A DNA stretch of 64,000 nt, taken from Lama glama (Eukaryota). Position 1 is the first letter of the stretch, and the number at the start of each line of letters is the position of its first letter. A program made the translations under genes and the position numbers. The notes below the pieces were generated by a model, which was not told the DNA's origin, searched no databases, and saw nothing but the letters and a program-made list of their open reading frames with translations. The DNA is taken from positions 21,020,001 through 21,084,000 of the forward strand of contig CM052817.1 of assembly GCA_028534125.1 (NCBI GenBank). The letters are read 5' to 3'. Positions 39,601 through 51,978 of the stretch are shown here, one piece after another.

Positions 39601-40189
39601 AGAATGGCTATTCTCTTTTAGATCTGTCATTTACTAATGACTGGTATTAGAAGAAATATATTAAGGCTTTGTAGAAAGAAGATTGGATTCCTGTTGGGTT
39701 ATACATTCTCCCCAAATCTTCCACTTGTATAACCTGAACAAAAGAAGTGAAACACTATATGCTGATGACTCAGTTGGATGGGGAGCTAACTACCACTTTG
39801 TGTTCATGATTTTTAGGAAGTGTTTATCATTTCATTTGGCCTGGGGTCAGTAGTTATCAATGAATTAGATAAGGTGGAGGATGGTGACCAGCAGAGCTTC
39901 CATTCCCTGAGTGGGGACAAAGTAAGCAGTTATCTATCCAATAACATATTTAGGAGCAGTCTCCATGGAAAGAAGAATGTAGGTGACCAAGTGTAACCTC
40001 CCTGTAAATATGCTGAAAACTGAGCCCTTGGTAAATAGACTAACAATCTTTGATAGGGAAGAGTCCTCACCAAAGGAATACTTTTATTAGGACATATCTG
40101 GCTTTGTAGTTTTATGGTAAATAATTCATAAGCTACAGATTTATGGAAGAGAATGACTACTTAGAAAATGCCACATAAACTGTCCAACT

Positions 40190-40940
40190 GTCTGAGTATA
40201 AAATGGAAATTTATAGTAAACTGAGTTAGATCAATCACATTTTCACTCTGGAAATTGTGCCCAAGGAACACACATAAAAGTTGGCGATGAGATATAATTT
40301 CCCAGATCACTTGTCTTAAAATTGCAACTTACTCCCAAACACATTTCTGATCTACCCTAGCCTTCTCTAGTTTTTTCCATGATGCTCATGATTTTTTTAC
40401 ATAGTATATAATTAATGTTTCATCATTTATAGTTTATTGCCTGTCTCTATTCATTGGAATATAAGAAGCCTGAAATCAGAAATCTATTCTTGCTTCATTG
40501 ATTTATACTAAACCCTTCAATAGTGACAAGTGTAAAAATAGGTGCACAAAAGTATTGAATGAATGAACGTGTTCCAGGTAAGTGTTATGATGCAGTCTGG
40601 AGCTACTGTGAACCATGTGCAAAATAAAACTGTGGGGATTCAGGTTGGGATTAAGAGGTTGGGCTTGTATGAATTATAGAAGTTAAGAAGGAGAGAGAGA
40701 GAAGGGGGAGGAGAAGAAAAGAGATAAGAGAATATGGAAGCAATGGAAGCAGGACCTGTTGGGAATGAGGAAAAGAAGAAAGGAAAGAGGAGAGAAGAGT
40801 ATAGGATTAGCTCATCTCTAGAGCTCTTTTAGTTCTTGTCTTTATGATCATTGATTATTTACCTTTTGGATCCCTACAGAATTCTCTAAGAGAACTCTGT
40901 ATATAACTACATTACACCGCATATTTCTCAAACATTTAAA
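40190..40940 (+). mobile_element. Ancient LTR (LTR78/79-like), split by an L2 insertion; possible 3' LTR of the adjacent ERV
   Basis: 'gatcaatcacattttcactctggaaattg' before the L2; 'aaccatgtgcaa', GA-rich block and 'aatatggaagca' after it. Confidence 0.35.
40300..40567 (+). mobile_element. L2a 3' end
   Basis: 'tttattgcctgtctc...gaatataag...aataggtgcacaaaagtattgaatgaatgaa'. Confidence 0.8.
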
Positions 40941-41916
40941 AGGTGGATTTCCAATTTTTAACACACAAAGAAACTTTCTTAGAAAGAGTAAGTCCCCCTG
41001 TAAAAATCCACTACGAAGTATTTTTATCAAATTCAATAGCAGTATGAACAATAATAATATTAAAATCATCTTGATAGCAAGCAAAAGTATTCTCATTTTT
41101 CTTTAAAAATGCAACTTATTGACATTTCAAAATTTTAAATTTGATACTTTTGGAGATATGTGCATTTTAAAATCCCCAACAAATCTATGAAAATAAAGTT
41201 GAGAACGTTAGTGGGCTTTTTTGGAAACACATTACTTCTAGCCCACAATAACTGTAATTACAGTTGACTGTGCTCTCCTTTTGACTTTGCAGAAACAGTA
41301 AATGTTAATGAGGCACTCATTTTTTTGCGTGTGCGTGTGGAGTTGTTCACATGCAAAAGACATTAAAAATTCACCTGCTAACATCTGTGGTGCCTACAGA
41401 CTTTGCACAAACAGTTGAATGCTTTACTTGGAATGATGCACAAAAATTCCTATTATGACAAAATATAAACTTATAGTACCTATATCTCATTATTTGAAAA
41501 AAGATAATAAAAAGATTCTAAATGAAATAATTTTTCATATGTTTTTGTGGGTAATGTAAGGATTCTACAAGAATAACTAAAAGAATCAGATAGATCATAA
41601 GGTAAAGAACATTGAATATTAGAGTTAAAGCTCATTCTCTTATTTAGAGCACTCAGTATTTAGACCCTGAAATATTTTCTTCTCAAATGTTTTTTTTAAT
41701 ATTAAGGGATTGATATTATAATGGTTTATCTAGAATAAGAACATTGAATCTATTAAAATGAAGCAAAACGTGTCAGCCAGAGGAATACAGAATAAGATGA
41801 CTAGCAAAGAAGCTCATAGACCATGGGGATAAAACAAAACAAAAAAGGTGTACTTTATTAAATAAAATAAATGATAGAAACCAAAACATTCATAATTTGA
41901 ATGGCTTCTCTTCTAT

Positions 41917-42016
41917 NNNNNNNNNNNNNNNNNNNNNNNNNNNNNNNNNNNNNNNNNNNNNNNNNNNNNNNNNNNNNNNNNNNNNNNNNNNNNNNNNNNN
42001 NNNNNNNNNNNNNNNN
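41917..42016. other. Assembly gap (100 N)
   Basis: Run of N. Confidence 1.
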
Positions 42017-42456
42017 GAGAATTGCACATCACCCATAGAAAACTACTACACCAAGTCGCTTTATTTTGAAAGAGAATTTCCTTTGAAACTATAATTCCCT
42101 TCTGGCTTGCCTTCTTCCAGGCACCCAGGTTTGGATAACCTGTTTATCTGTAATTCTTTTCATTTATTCATATGCTTTATTATCAATGCTATTGAAATTC
42201 TTAATCTACATCTTTTCTTAGATAAATCATTTTAATTCAGGTCAACAGTACTTGATTCTTTTCGAGGGTTTTCTAATTAATAATTTATTAATTTAGTAAA
42301 TCAATCTGAACAGAATGTCTCAGGCATCCAATATTTCCAAATCTATCTTTGAGAATTTGCTAGAGTACTAGTTGTTTTTATTCTATTTCTAAAAGGGAAA
42401 TTATTTTTATTAATTACACATTTTGTTTTAAATACTCAGCCCTCACTCAAAATCTC

Positions 42457-43081
42457 TGTGATTGGCAGCATTCTAGGAGTCTCTGAGAGTCCTACCCACT
42501 TGTGCACATACTCTGTATAATTCCATCTCATTGGCTGTGATCTTGATTTATGACTAGGATGGGACATCACTAGTATAATTATATCAACTTACATGGTAGA
42601 GAGATTTCTGCAGAAGCAATTAAAGTCTGTCACCAGTTGACTTTGCGTTACCCAAAGTGGATATTTTCCTGGGTGAGCTCTTTAAAAAGTCAGAGAGAAC
42701 TGAAGGGAAAGAGATCCTTCTGCTGGCATCACAGGAGAAACCTGTCATGATATGTGGAAAGGGACATGTGGCAGAAAGAGTTAGAGGTTTCTAGGAGCTC
42801 AGACAACCCCCGTTTGACAAGAAAACATAGCCTTCAGCCTTATAACCAAAAAGAATTAATTTCTGTCAATAGCCAGTGAGAAGCGAAAAGAATGCTGAGC
42901 CTCAGATGAGATAACAGCCCTGGCTTATGCCTTGATTGTAGCATGGTGAGACCTTGAACAGAGCATCTAGTGAAAATGTACTAGACTCCTTATACAAGGA
43001 AATTGTGAGATAATAAATATACGTTGTTTTCAGTTTCTAAATTGGTGGTAATTTGATATGTAGCAATAGAAAACAATTACA
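42457..43081 (+). mobile_element. MaLR LTR (MLT1E-like)
   Basis: 'cagttgactttg...gagcctcagatgaga...tgtgagataataaat...gtggtaatttg...gcaatagaaaacaattaca'. Confidence 0.85.
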
Positions 43082-43134
43082 CACTCCTGTATTTGCCAAA
43101 CAAACCTCTCCTACTCAATTTTCTTCTCTCTCTT

Positions 43135-45338
43135 TATACAGTTATCCATTGCACAGGCCAAATAATTACACTGAATGGGGATATGATAGGCATCACCACC
43201 CCTGCATCCTTCAGGTCCTTGATGGTGGCACTAATTTGCAATCCCTGCAGTAATGTGGTACTGCTTTTGGTTTACTGTTTTCCTTGGTAAAGGCAGTTCT
43301 AGTGGCTTCCATTTGGCATTTCCCAGCATAATAGCCCTCACTTCACAGGTTAGGAAACCCATGCTGTGACTCTGGCAGTTGTTGAGTATAACTGTTCTAA
43401 TTATCCAGTTTAGAACTATGGAAATGACCAACAGATGGGTTTGGGGACCCACTGGGTCTACTGTGAGATGGATGTGAGATAAAACTTCATTGATCACCTG
43501 ATTTCCAAAAGTCCTTCCTCTGGCTAGTGGACCACAGTGATATTTTAGGTCTCCTGGAATGTGTCAGTACAGAGCATGGGCTCAGGAATTTCCAGAGACT
43601 GATTATTTTCTTTTTCCCAAAGTATAGTCACCTTTGCAAAAGGATGTAGGTCCCTTTGGGGAAGATTGATAGAAAGGCTAGCAGTGTAAATTTGTTGCAG
43701 TGTAATGAGGTCCTTCTAAGGAGAACCTGTCAGAAGTTATGGGTCTTAAACTGGCTCATCTCAAAATTAATTGAGGGGCCATGTTTTGGTAATTCAAGTT
43801 AGATTTCTGTTTGCATGGCCTAGAACTCTTTCACTTTCATAGGTCAAGTGAAAATGTATTAGACTGCCCTATGGTTTTTCTCCTAGCGACATCATGATCA
43901 ACTAGCCACGCTGAAGTTTCAGCAAGTCAGACTCTTCTGATTGCTGCTTGGACTCCGCTGTTCGTTACAACAACCATGTCCCCCTTTGGCAGTTAAGTGC
44001 TGCCACTGTTTGACCTCTTCTACTTAAGCATTTAATTCTTCTCGTTGCATTTAAGGATCTCAGTTCAATGGCAGTAGTTTTCACTGTAGTTTCTGACCTG
44101 TGCAATTAGCAACCACAGAGCTCTTCAAGAATGCTGGGGCTCCCCTCACAAATGTATTTCTCAAGGTGAGGTAAAAGGTGTGTTCTTTTAGGTGGGAAAA
44201 CAGGTCGTACATGATAAATCCACCCTAACACTTCAGTCTTTGGATTGCCTTTGGATATCTTCCTCTACAGCATACCAGGTAGTTTTGGCATTTCAACATA
44301 GTTTAGTGTGTGTCACTTTTTGGTGTACATTTCAGCCAGCCCATGAGACAAACTGTTAGAGACTTTTTGAACCCTTCAAGATGTGACAATGAATCCAGAA
44401 TCTCCACTTAGTGGGCCTATATCAATTCAATTGTGTGTTCCATTCACCATTATCTTGCACTCTTACTATCCATTTCCACATCTCTTCCTAGCATTTCTGT
44501 CTGTAAACTGAAAAATTCACGTGGTTCTTTTGGAGTGTAGAACACTGCCTCATGGGTCACATCTTGTAGATCCTACTGATACTTGAGCCTATTTACAAGT
44601 CTAGAAGAAAAGGGGAATAGTAAGAATGGGTCCTGATAAGAATTAGTAGTGTATTGCAAGCTACTTTAAAGGAAGCCATTACAGGTTCCACCACCAAGTA
44701 GTATCAACCTCTTCAGAAAAGGACTTGGAAGAATTTATAGGCTCAGTATCTCCAGCTACCCCAGGATCTGTTCATATATCCTCATTCCAATTTTCAGAAC
44801 CCTATCCTTTTCTCGATCAATGCAGTCACTCTAATAGCAGGCACCCTGTGAGACTGGGAATTCAATTTGTATTATAGTTCAACCACTCACAGGTAGGATT
44901 CATTTAAAAAATTTTGTCTCCACAGATACGAGCAATAAGGGTTTCATTGAGGGCAGACACAGGTTATTCATGCATGGAACTTGAAGCCCGGATCTCATCC
45001 TTTGTTTCCCCATACTCTGCCCAGCAATTAGGAGCAACCACCAATCTCACTAAGGCCATTAATTTGACAAAAAAAGGTCTTTGATAGCAAATTTGTCATT
45101 GCTCAGAACCTTCCCTCTTCTAAGTATTTGATTATGAGCATCCAACAGTGATAATTTGTGTTCTTTATTCCCACATCATGGCATGGATTATCAGTGCCCT
45201 CTTTACCACTAGAAATGGAATAATTAATGCCTTTAATTAGAACCAGATTAGTGAGCCAATTCCATAAATTCCAAAATTAATTCCAAAACCTTATTTTTAA
45301 GATTCTGTTCCTCTTGTACTACTTTCAGCACCAAAATC
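43135..45338 (-). pseudogene. ERV-L (MLT2-int/ERVL-E-like) internal region: PBS, gag, protease and RT N-terminus, degraded
   Basis: ORF 43231-43497 reads LTCEVRAIMLGNAKWKPLELPLPRKTVNQKQY, the ERV-L pro/RT junction; continues ISATIKDLKDAGVV..SPF..IWPVQ; leader 'gattttggtgctgaaagtagtacaagagg' directly follows the LTR. Confidence 0.92.
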
Positions 45339-45714
45339 TGTAATAGTTAAGGTTCTCCAGAGAAACAAAACCAATAGGAGATTTAGTTATTCATTTATTT
45401 ATAGAAATTGGCTCACATATTTTTGGGAGCTAGCAAATCCAAAGAAAGTCAGGCAGGGTTTTTGTTATAGTCTTGAGGCAATGGTCCTTCTTCTCTGGGA
45501 AACCTCTGCTTTTGTTCTTAAGCCCTTCATCTGATTGAATGAGGCTCATTTGTATAGTTGAAGATAATCTCCATTATCCAAAGTCATCTGTTGATAAATG
45601 TTAACCACATCCACAAAATACCCTCACATTAACTTCTAGACTAGAGTTTGACCAAGGTCTATGCTTTTGGCACCATAGCCTAACCAAGTTGACACACAAA
45701 ACTTAACCATTATA
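45339..45714 (-). mobile_element. MLT2 (ERV-L) 5' LTR (MLT2C/D-like)
   Basis: 'tgtaatagttaaggttctccagagaaacaaaaccaatagga...aattggctcac...gcctaaccaagttgacacacaaaacttaaccat'. Confidence 0.9.
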
Positions 45715-47080
45715 TCCAGCAAAGACATCTTAAATGCAGCTGGCTTTATTTTCCCTCTCAGTTCATAGTAGTGTAAAATTCAGTGACTACTAAAAGTTTA
45801 ATGACACTGACTTTATTTATGTGGAGATGTTAGCAATTTAACCAATGTTATTTTTATACCAGAAGTGCAAACGTTAACATAACAACAACAACAAAAGACA
45901 AATAGTACTTTAGAACTTTTATGAAAATAGTTTTGACAGCATGGACCTTCTCCATTGGTTGGATAAACCCATAGAACTAGTTTGAAGATCCCCATTCCAG
46001 TAAATTGTAACTAGCTTATTTCTAGAAGTTTAATTATCAGCTTGACAGAGAGATGAGACTGAGATGATCTGCATTCTTTCTTTCCTTGAAGAACTATGTC
46101 ACAGTTACCTAACTCCTTTTTCCCATGGTAAATTGGGAACAATGTTGAAAAGGTATCAAATCCAGTGTTAGTGAGTATATAATCTTGTAATTTGTTTGAT
46201 CTCCTTTCTGCTTTGCTTTTATTTTATTAAATGAAATATGATATTTTTTGAAATTGATGGTTTAATTTAGAATTTTTGCTGTATATTCCACCAAAACATG
46301 ATCAATTGTTCAAAATCACTTTAAATAGAAATATTTTCATGTACTCTTGTGCCAGTATATTACTAAAATATTTTAAATGAAAAATAAATGGCTTACATGA
46401 TACATGTCATGTTGAGATTCTATATTTTATTTTAAAATTAATCTTCTAGGTTCTGAATAGTTCTTTTAATATTAATAGAATTCATTAACAATAAGTAAGT
46501 GAGCTCATAGTTCATTAATAAAAAAATAATTCTTAGATTACAATTTAAATGAAAATGCCTCCTAAAATAATCTTTTCAATAAATGTAATTTATTTTAAGA
46601 TTCATTTTAGACTCAGGGTAACAAGTCAACAGAACAATCAGCTATTAATAACAATCATATTTGTATATATTTTTTAGAAAGCTTTTTGTTTTTATTAACT
46701 GACTTAGAAAAATTCTTCCCATAATGCAAAGAGAATAATTTTACTTTATATAGTATGTAGTGTATGGTTACTGATTTTGTCTTTTCTGAGTACTTGCATC
46801 AACTGCCTCCTCTTCTTTCAAAATTGCTTGTTAAACTTTGACTAAGTCTTCAAGATATGTTTGCTTCAGATACTCTTTTTTTTCTTTTAGTCTAAGTTGA
46901 GAAGAAAAACTTGTGCTATATAATGTGCTTTATAAGTAAATGCTATTTTATAATAATTTCAATGAAAAAAAATTTCATACTCATAATATTCTTATCACTA
47001 AAATAATAGTTTATAATTTTTGTTATTATTTTATACATTTAAAGCATAATTTTGGCTGAATAGGTCTCATTATTATTTAC

Positions 47081-47167
47081 ATTTTTTTTAATGGAGGTAC
47101 TAGGGTTTGAACCCAGGACCTCATGCATGCTAAGAATGCACTCTACCACTGAGCTAAATTCTTCCCC
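47081..47167 (-). mobile_element. Short tRNA-Ala-derived camelid SINE
   Basis: 'atggaggtactagggtttgaacccaggacctcatgcatgctaag..gcactctaccactgagcta'. Confidence 0.9.
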
Positions 47168-47409
47168 ACTACAGTCTTATTTGAATGCTTTGGAATGCAT
47201 AACATGAAATCTAATTCTAAATTCAGGTGATTTCAATAATATGTTTAACAGGTGTCACAACAGAAAAACATAATTCATAAAGATATACAGATGTAAAAAA
47301 AGTAAAATATTTGGTGTAATTATTAAGTCATGGTGCTTTTTTCTATCCAATCCCCCAATTATACAGAGATTTTCTTTTTTATAGTTGGTTACTTATTTTT
47401 CATAATGCC

Positions 47410-47771
47410 TGTCTTTTTGCCTGTACAGGTTCTTATAACATAAAACTATAGACTGGATGGCTTATAGACAACAAAAATTTATTTCTCACAGCTCTGGAGG
47501 CTGGGAAGTCAAAGAATCAAGGCACTGGCAGATTTGGTTCTAGTGAAAACCCACTTCCTTGTTCATAACCATCTTCTCCCCATAATTTCACATGGCAGAA
47601 AAGATAAGGGAGCTCCCTGGGGTCCTTTTATAAAGGCATTAATCTCATTCATGAGGGCTCCACTCTCATGACCTAATCACCTCCTAAAGACCCCACCTCC
47701 CATTACCATCACCTTGGGGATTAGTTTCAACATATGAATTTTGGTGGGACATCAACATTCTGTCTATAGTA
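47410..47771 (-). mobile_element. MaLR LTR (MLT1A-like)
   Basis: 'tttatttctcacagctctggaggctgggaagtc...cattcatgagggctccactctcatgacctaatcacctcc'; TSD atgcc/aagcc. Confidence 0.9.
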
Positions 47772-49129
47772 AAGCCTAATGTTAATGAGGTATATTTTTA
47801 AGTAAAATATTTTGCTTCTTTTTAGTATTTATGAAATGCTGGTAAGAAGGAGGCACATAACTTTTGACAATAAAACCCATAATGAAATAATTATTTAAAA
47901 CACCCATTTTAATGTGTTTTAAAGCACTATTAAATTTTGTTTCTGTTTAAATAGATTAAACTATGTTTATTTTCCAAAACTATGTTAAATATTCATAAAA
48001 TACAGTATCTTTTAGCTCCCTAGTAGATAATCTCCGCTTTTTTTTGTTTTTATTAAACCACCATTTGTCTTGAAAGTGAGTAGCATTTACTACTTAACTG
48101 TGGGGAGCCTAGACTCCTATTTTACAGTGGATAAGCCATAACTTTCAGAAATAGTTTCAGCAATCTTATTTATTTTGATTTTGATCCATCTTAAATTAGA
48201 TTTGTGACCAGTTCTGGCTCATATGTTGAGATATGATAAGTCTTTTGCTTGCCTCTCCCTGTTTCAAAAATAGTAAATAAATGCATAGATAAATATATGT
48301 AGATAGATGATAGATAAAGTAAATAAATCAAGGCTTCCAAAAGAAAGAGATTCTTGTTTTTACTCATTCTTTATGCCTAAAATCAGTCCTGATGTCTCAG
48401 CAGAAGAAAGAGGGCACAAGTCTCCACATTAATGATAGAGAAATAGAAAAATAAAAAGTGTTGGTGGCACAGATGACCACAGGAAGCAGCTAAAGCATGG
48501 CACACAGATGCATTCCTCCAACAAGCCCTGTTTTATTTATATCACTCTAAATCTGACTTCATTGCCTGGGAGTCAAAAGCATTTCTGACTAATGGAGAAA
48601 TGTACTACTAAGGGACACTTGTCATCGTAGGGAAGATCACTACATTTGGCTCTCCTGTCTTTTTATAAAGGACAACTGTCATGAATCATCTTCATCTTTG
48701 ACAACTTTTTAAAATAGGATTGCCAGGAGATTATAAATAAATCTTAAGATGGTTAAAAAGAGTTTTGATCATTCTCCATCTCAAGGGAAATTACAATATA
48801 GTAATATGTTTGCCATCGATGATAATAGAATCTGTCACTGACTTAATGGGACATGAGTAAACAGAAATATATCACAATCTTCTTGAATAAAATAAGAAAT
48901 GAAGTATTTTTTTCATATTTCATGTAACTGGAAGACAGTATTTTCCATTTGGATGACTCATGTAATGCATGCAATATATAACTGTGACATTCAGACCATA
49001 TGAGGGTCCTTGAATTAATATGCATATTACATATAAATAAGTTTTGTATCTTTTGTATTTTTAGTTTTAAAAAAAGCAAAACTAACTTCAGGTTAAAGAT
49101 GATTGATCGAACAAACATTTATCGTAGTC

Positions 49130-49900
49130 AATTTCCTAAACCCCACCAAAATAAGAGTACGAAACATTTTTAGAGGGGGAAGGGTATATAGCTCAGTGGT
49201 AGAGTGCATGCCTAGCATGTAGGAGGTCCTGGGTTCAATCCCCAGCACCTCCATTAAAAACAAACAAACTAACTAACAAATCTGATTACCTCCCCTCACT
49301 AAAAAATAAATAAATAATTAAAAATTAAAAAAAAATTTTGAAAAAGAAATGTTTTTAAAGGTGCATCTACAATGAAAACTATAACAACAGAGAAAATAAT
49401 AGCAGTAACATCTTGGAAGCTGGAAAGCAGTGTAAGTTACTACTGATTTAGGAGTCTTAGAAAAGTTAAATTCTAAGCCTAAAATGGGGAAAAATGATAA
49501 GGAATCCAATATGCACCACAGCAATCCTACATGGCCCAGAAATTAATGGTAACTTGACTGAAATAAAAGTGAAGATAATTTCTACAAAGAAAAGAGCATT
49601 TGTTGAAGACCTGTTTAATAAGGAGTTTAAACCCAAGTATGTGGTTACTCTGTCCCTTCTGAACAATGACAGAAGATGGGAAGATCTAGTCTCTAAATAG
49701 CATAAAAAAATAAAAATAGGTGTCTTGATTAGAGTAGCATTTCAAAGACAATTACATTGAATATTGTTTCCTTTAGGAATTTGATCAGCCCATGAGAAAA
49801 GTTGGCAATATTTCAGACAACAGACATTTCCCAATGAAACCACCAACCTGATCAAATAAAACAAATAAGATAATCAGGACTGAAGATCCCAGAAGGGCAT
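49130..49900 (+). mobile_element. HAL1 5' region relic, interrupted by a SINE
   Basis: 'ccccaccaaaat...ttggaagctggaaagcag...ctgatttag...gaaaagttaaattctaagc' is homologous to the reverse complement of 10860-11215. Confidence 0.65.
49176..49345 (+). mobile_element. tRNA-Ala-derived camelid SINE (Vic-1 type) with A-rich tail
   Basis: A-box tagctcagtgg (49189-49199), B-box ggttcaatccc (49232-49242); TSD gaaacatttttagag (49161-49175) / gaaatgtttttaaag (49346-49360). Confidence 0.93.
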
Positions 49901-50182
49901 CTGTGTGATATGTATACAGAGAAATCCAATTAGAAACCCAGTTAGAGCAGATTGAATAGCAAGACGATCTACACGAAAAGGAAATTCAGCGCCACCTTAC
50001 GGATTTGAAAATGATTTATATAATTAGGGGCATGTGAGTGAGTTAAAAATAATTGTTGGAGTAGGTATTGTTATTTGCCCTCTGCCAATATAAACCTTCA
50101 TCATTGTTCTACAGGAATAAAATCCTTATCTTTAGCTCTCAACGGATGGTTGCATGAAATATGTTCCCCATTCTCGCTAGTG

Positions 50183-50682
50183 NNNNNNNNNNNNNNNNNN
50201 NNNNNNNNNNNNNNNNNNNNNNNNNNNNNNNNNNNNNNNNNNNNNNNNNNNNNNNNNNNNNNNNNNNNNNNNNNNNNNNNNNNNNNNNNNNNNNNNNNNN
50301 NNNNNNNNNNNNNNNNNNNNNNNNNNNNNNNNNNNNNNNNNNNNNNNNNNNNNNNNNNNNNNNNNNNNNNNNNNNNNNNNNNNNNNNNNNNNNNNNNNNN
50401 NNNNNNNNNNNNNNNNNNNNNNNNNNNNNNNNNNNNNNNNNNNNNNNNNNNNNNNNNNNNNNNNNNNNNNNNNNNNNNNNNNNNNNNNNNNNNNNNNNNN
50501 NNNNNNNNNNNNNNNNNNNNNNNNNNNNNNNNNNNNNNNNNNNNNNNNNNNNNNNNNNNNNNNNNNNNNNNNNNNNNNNNNNNNNNNNNNNNNNNNNNNN
50601 NNNNNNNNNNNNNNNNNNNNNNNNNNNNNNNNNNNNNNNNNNNNNNNNNNNNNNNNNNNNNNNNNNNNNNNNNNNNNNNNNN
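50183..50682. other. Assembly gap (500 N)
   Basis: Run of N. Confidence 1.
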
Positions 50683-51140
50683 AGTAATCCTGGGAGACTT
50701 CAACAATTACTTTTGAACCATTTCTACAATACTAAATAAAATATACTATGATTATTTTACAATTCAGGGACCACAATAGATTAATGGAGTAAATCTGAGT
50801 GTGGATTGGTTCCTACCCTCCTAATCTTTGCACTGAGAACCAGGCATAAAAATGTAGTTCAGGCCAAAGATGTAAATAAGGTATGCAGAAAAAAATAAGA
50901 AAAATGCAACTCTTTTGTTTAAGTGTTGGGGGCAGTGTGCTAAGAGCAGTGGCACACCAAGCCCATAGGTATAATCTGTGATCACACCTAAAATGAAAAT
51001 TTTGGAAAAAATGAAACTGGAAAACTTTGAAAAACTGGAAACAGTTTGGTGTTGAATTGGCTGTGGGATTCCTTTTCTGTATAGAAGAGAAAGAGCAGTG
51101 AGAATCTGAATGTCCAAGTGGACATTGGCCAGAACGTATA

Positions 51141-51532
51141 TGAGAATAGAAGTCTGACCCACAACCTCGGCAGGAAACAGAAGCCAAACCACCACCTCTG
51201 CAGCAGGTGGTCCACAGTCATCAGGATGCAGTCAATGCCCAGTGACTCTCTTATTGCCTGTCCCCAACTCCAACTCAGGACCTCACTAACCAGAATAAGA
51301 CAAATAGGTTCCCCAACCAGTCGTAGAACACTCCCTGCTTTGACTTAGCCCAGATACGGCCAACAACCTTCAGAGCCCACTTGATACTTTCCCCTTTGTC
51401 CATCATTAAGGTTTTCCACTCCCCCTACACCCTTGGAGTCTCAACCAAATGCAAGTGACAGTGGCTGTCCCTTAAAGCCAGCTCTGAATAAACAGGCTGG
51501 TCTCATCTGGGTGGTCTTCTTGTGTCCCCCCA
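51141..51532 (+). mobile_element. ERV1 solo LTR (MER90/MER110-like)
   Basis: 'gaagccaaaccaccacctctgcagca...tccaactcaggacc..aaccagaa..agacaaata'; AATAAA followed by a U5-like end. Confidence 0.65.
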
Positions 51533-51978
51533 GAAGGAAACGCACGTAAGAGATCCTGACTGCAAGCAAACTTCATCTTTGTCTTATAACCCACTGCACT
51601 ACATTTTTATCTGTGTTGCTAAGATGGTACCAAATTTTGGTAGCAGTGATATCACACTCTTAGAATTTTTAGAAAATATGATCTTTGCCTTTACTAAAAA
51701 CTCTATATACAGGAAGACATGAGGGGACTATCCACCAGACAAATGCCAGGCGGCTACTTTACCTCAACTGGTAAAACATTAGATGTAGAGGTTCACTTTT
51801 ACAGAAAAGTGTGATCTGTGATCCACCACTTTACCTCTACTACCTCCCCAGAAATTGTTTTAGCATCCACTAAGAAGGAGGCTTTTATAGTCTGAAGCAA
51901 TAAACCAGTAACGCACCTTTGAAAAGAGTTTCAATTGGGCATTTTGATCACAATGGAACTAATATCATTCACATAGTA

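Noticed and set aside
49176..49253. tRNA-Ala(AGC)-like gene (also at 11097-11175, 32861-32938, 47092-47167)
   Set aside because: Has SINE body, A-rich tail and TSDs, with broken stems; these are tRNA-derived SINE heads, not tRNA genes.
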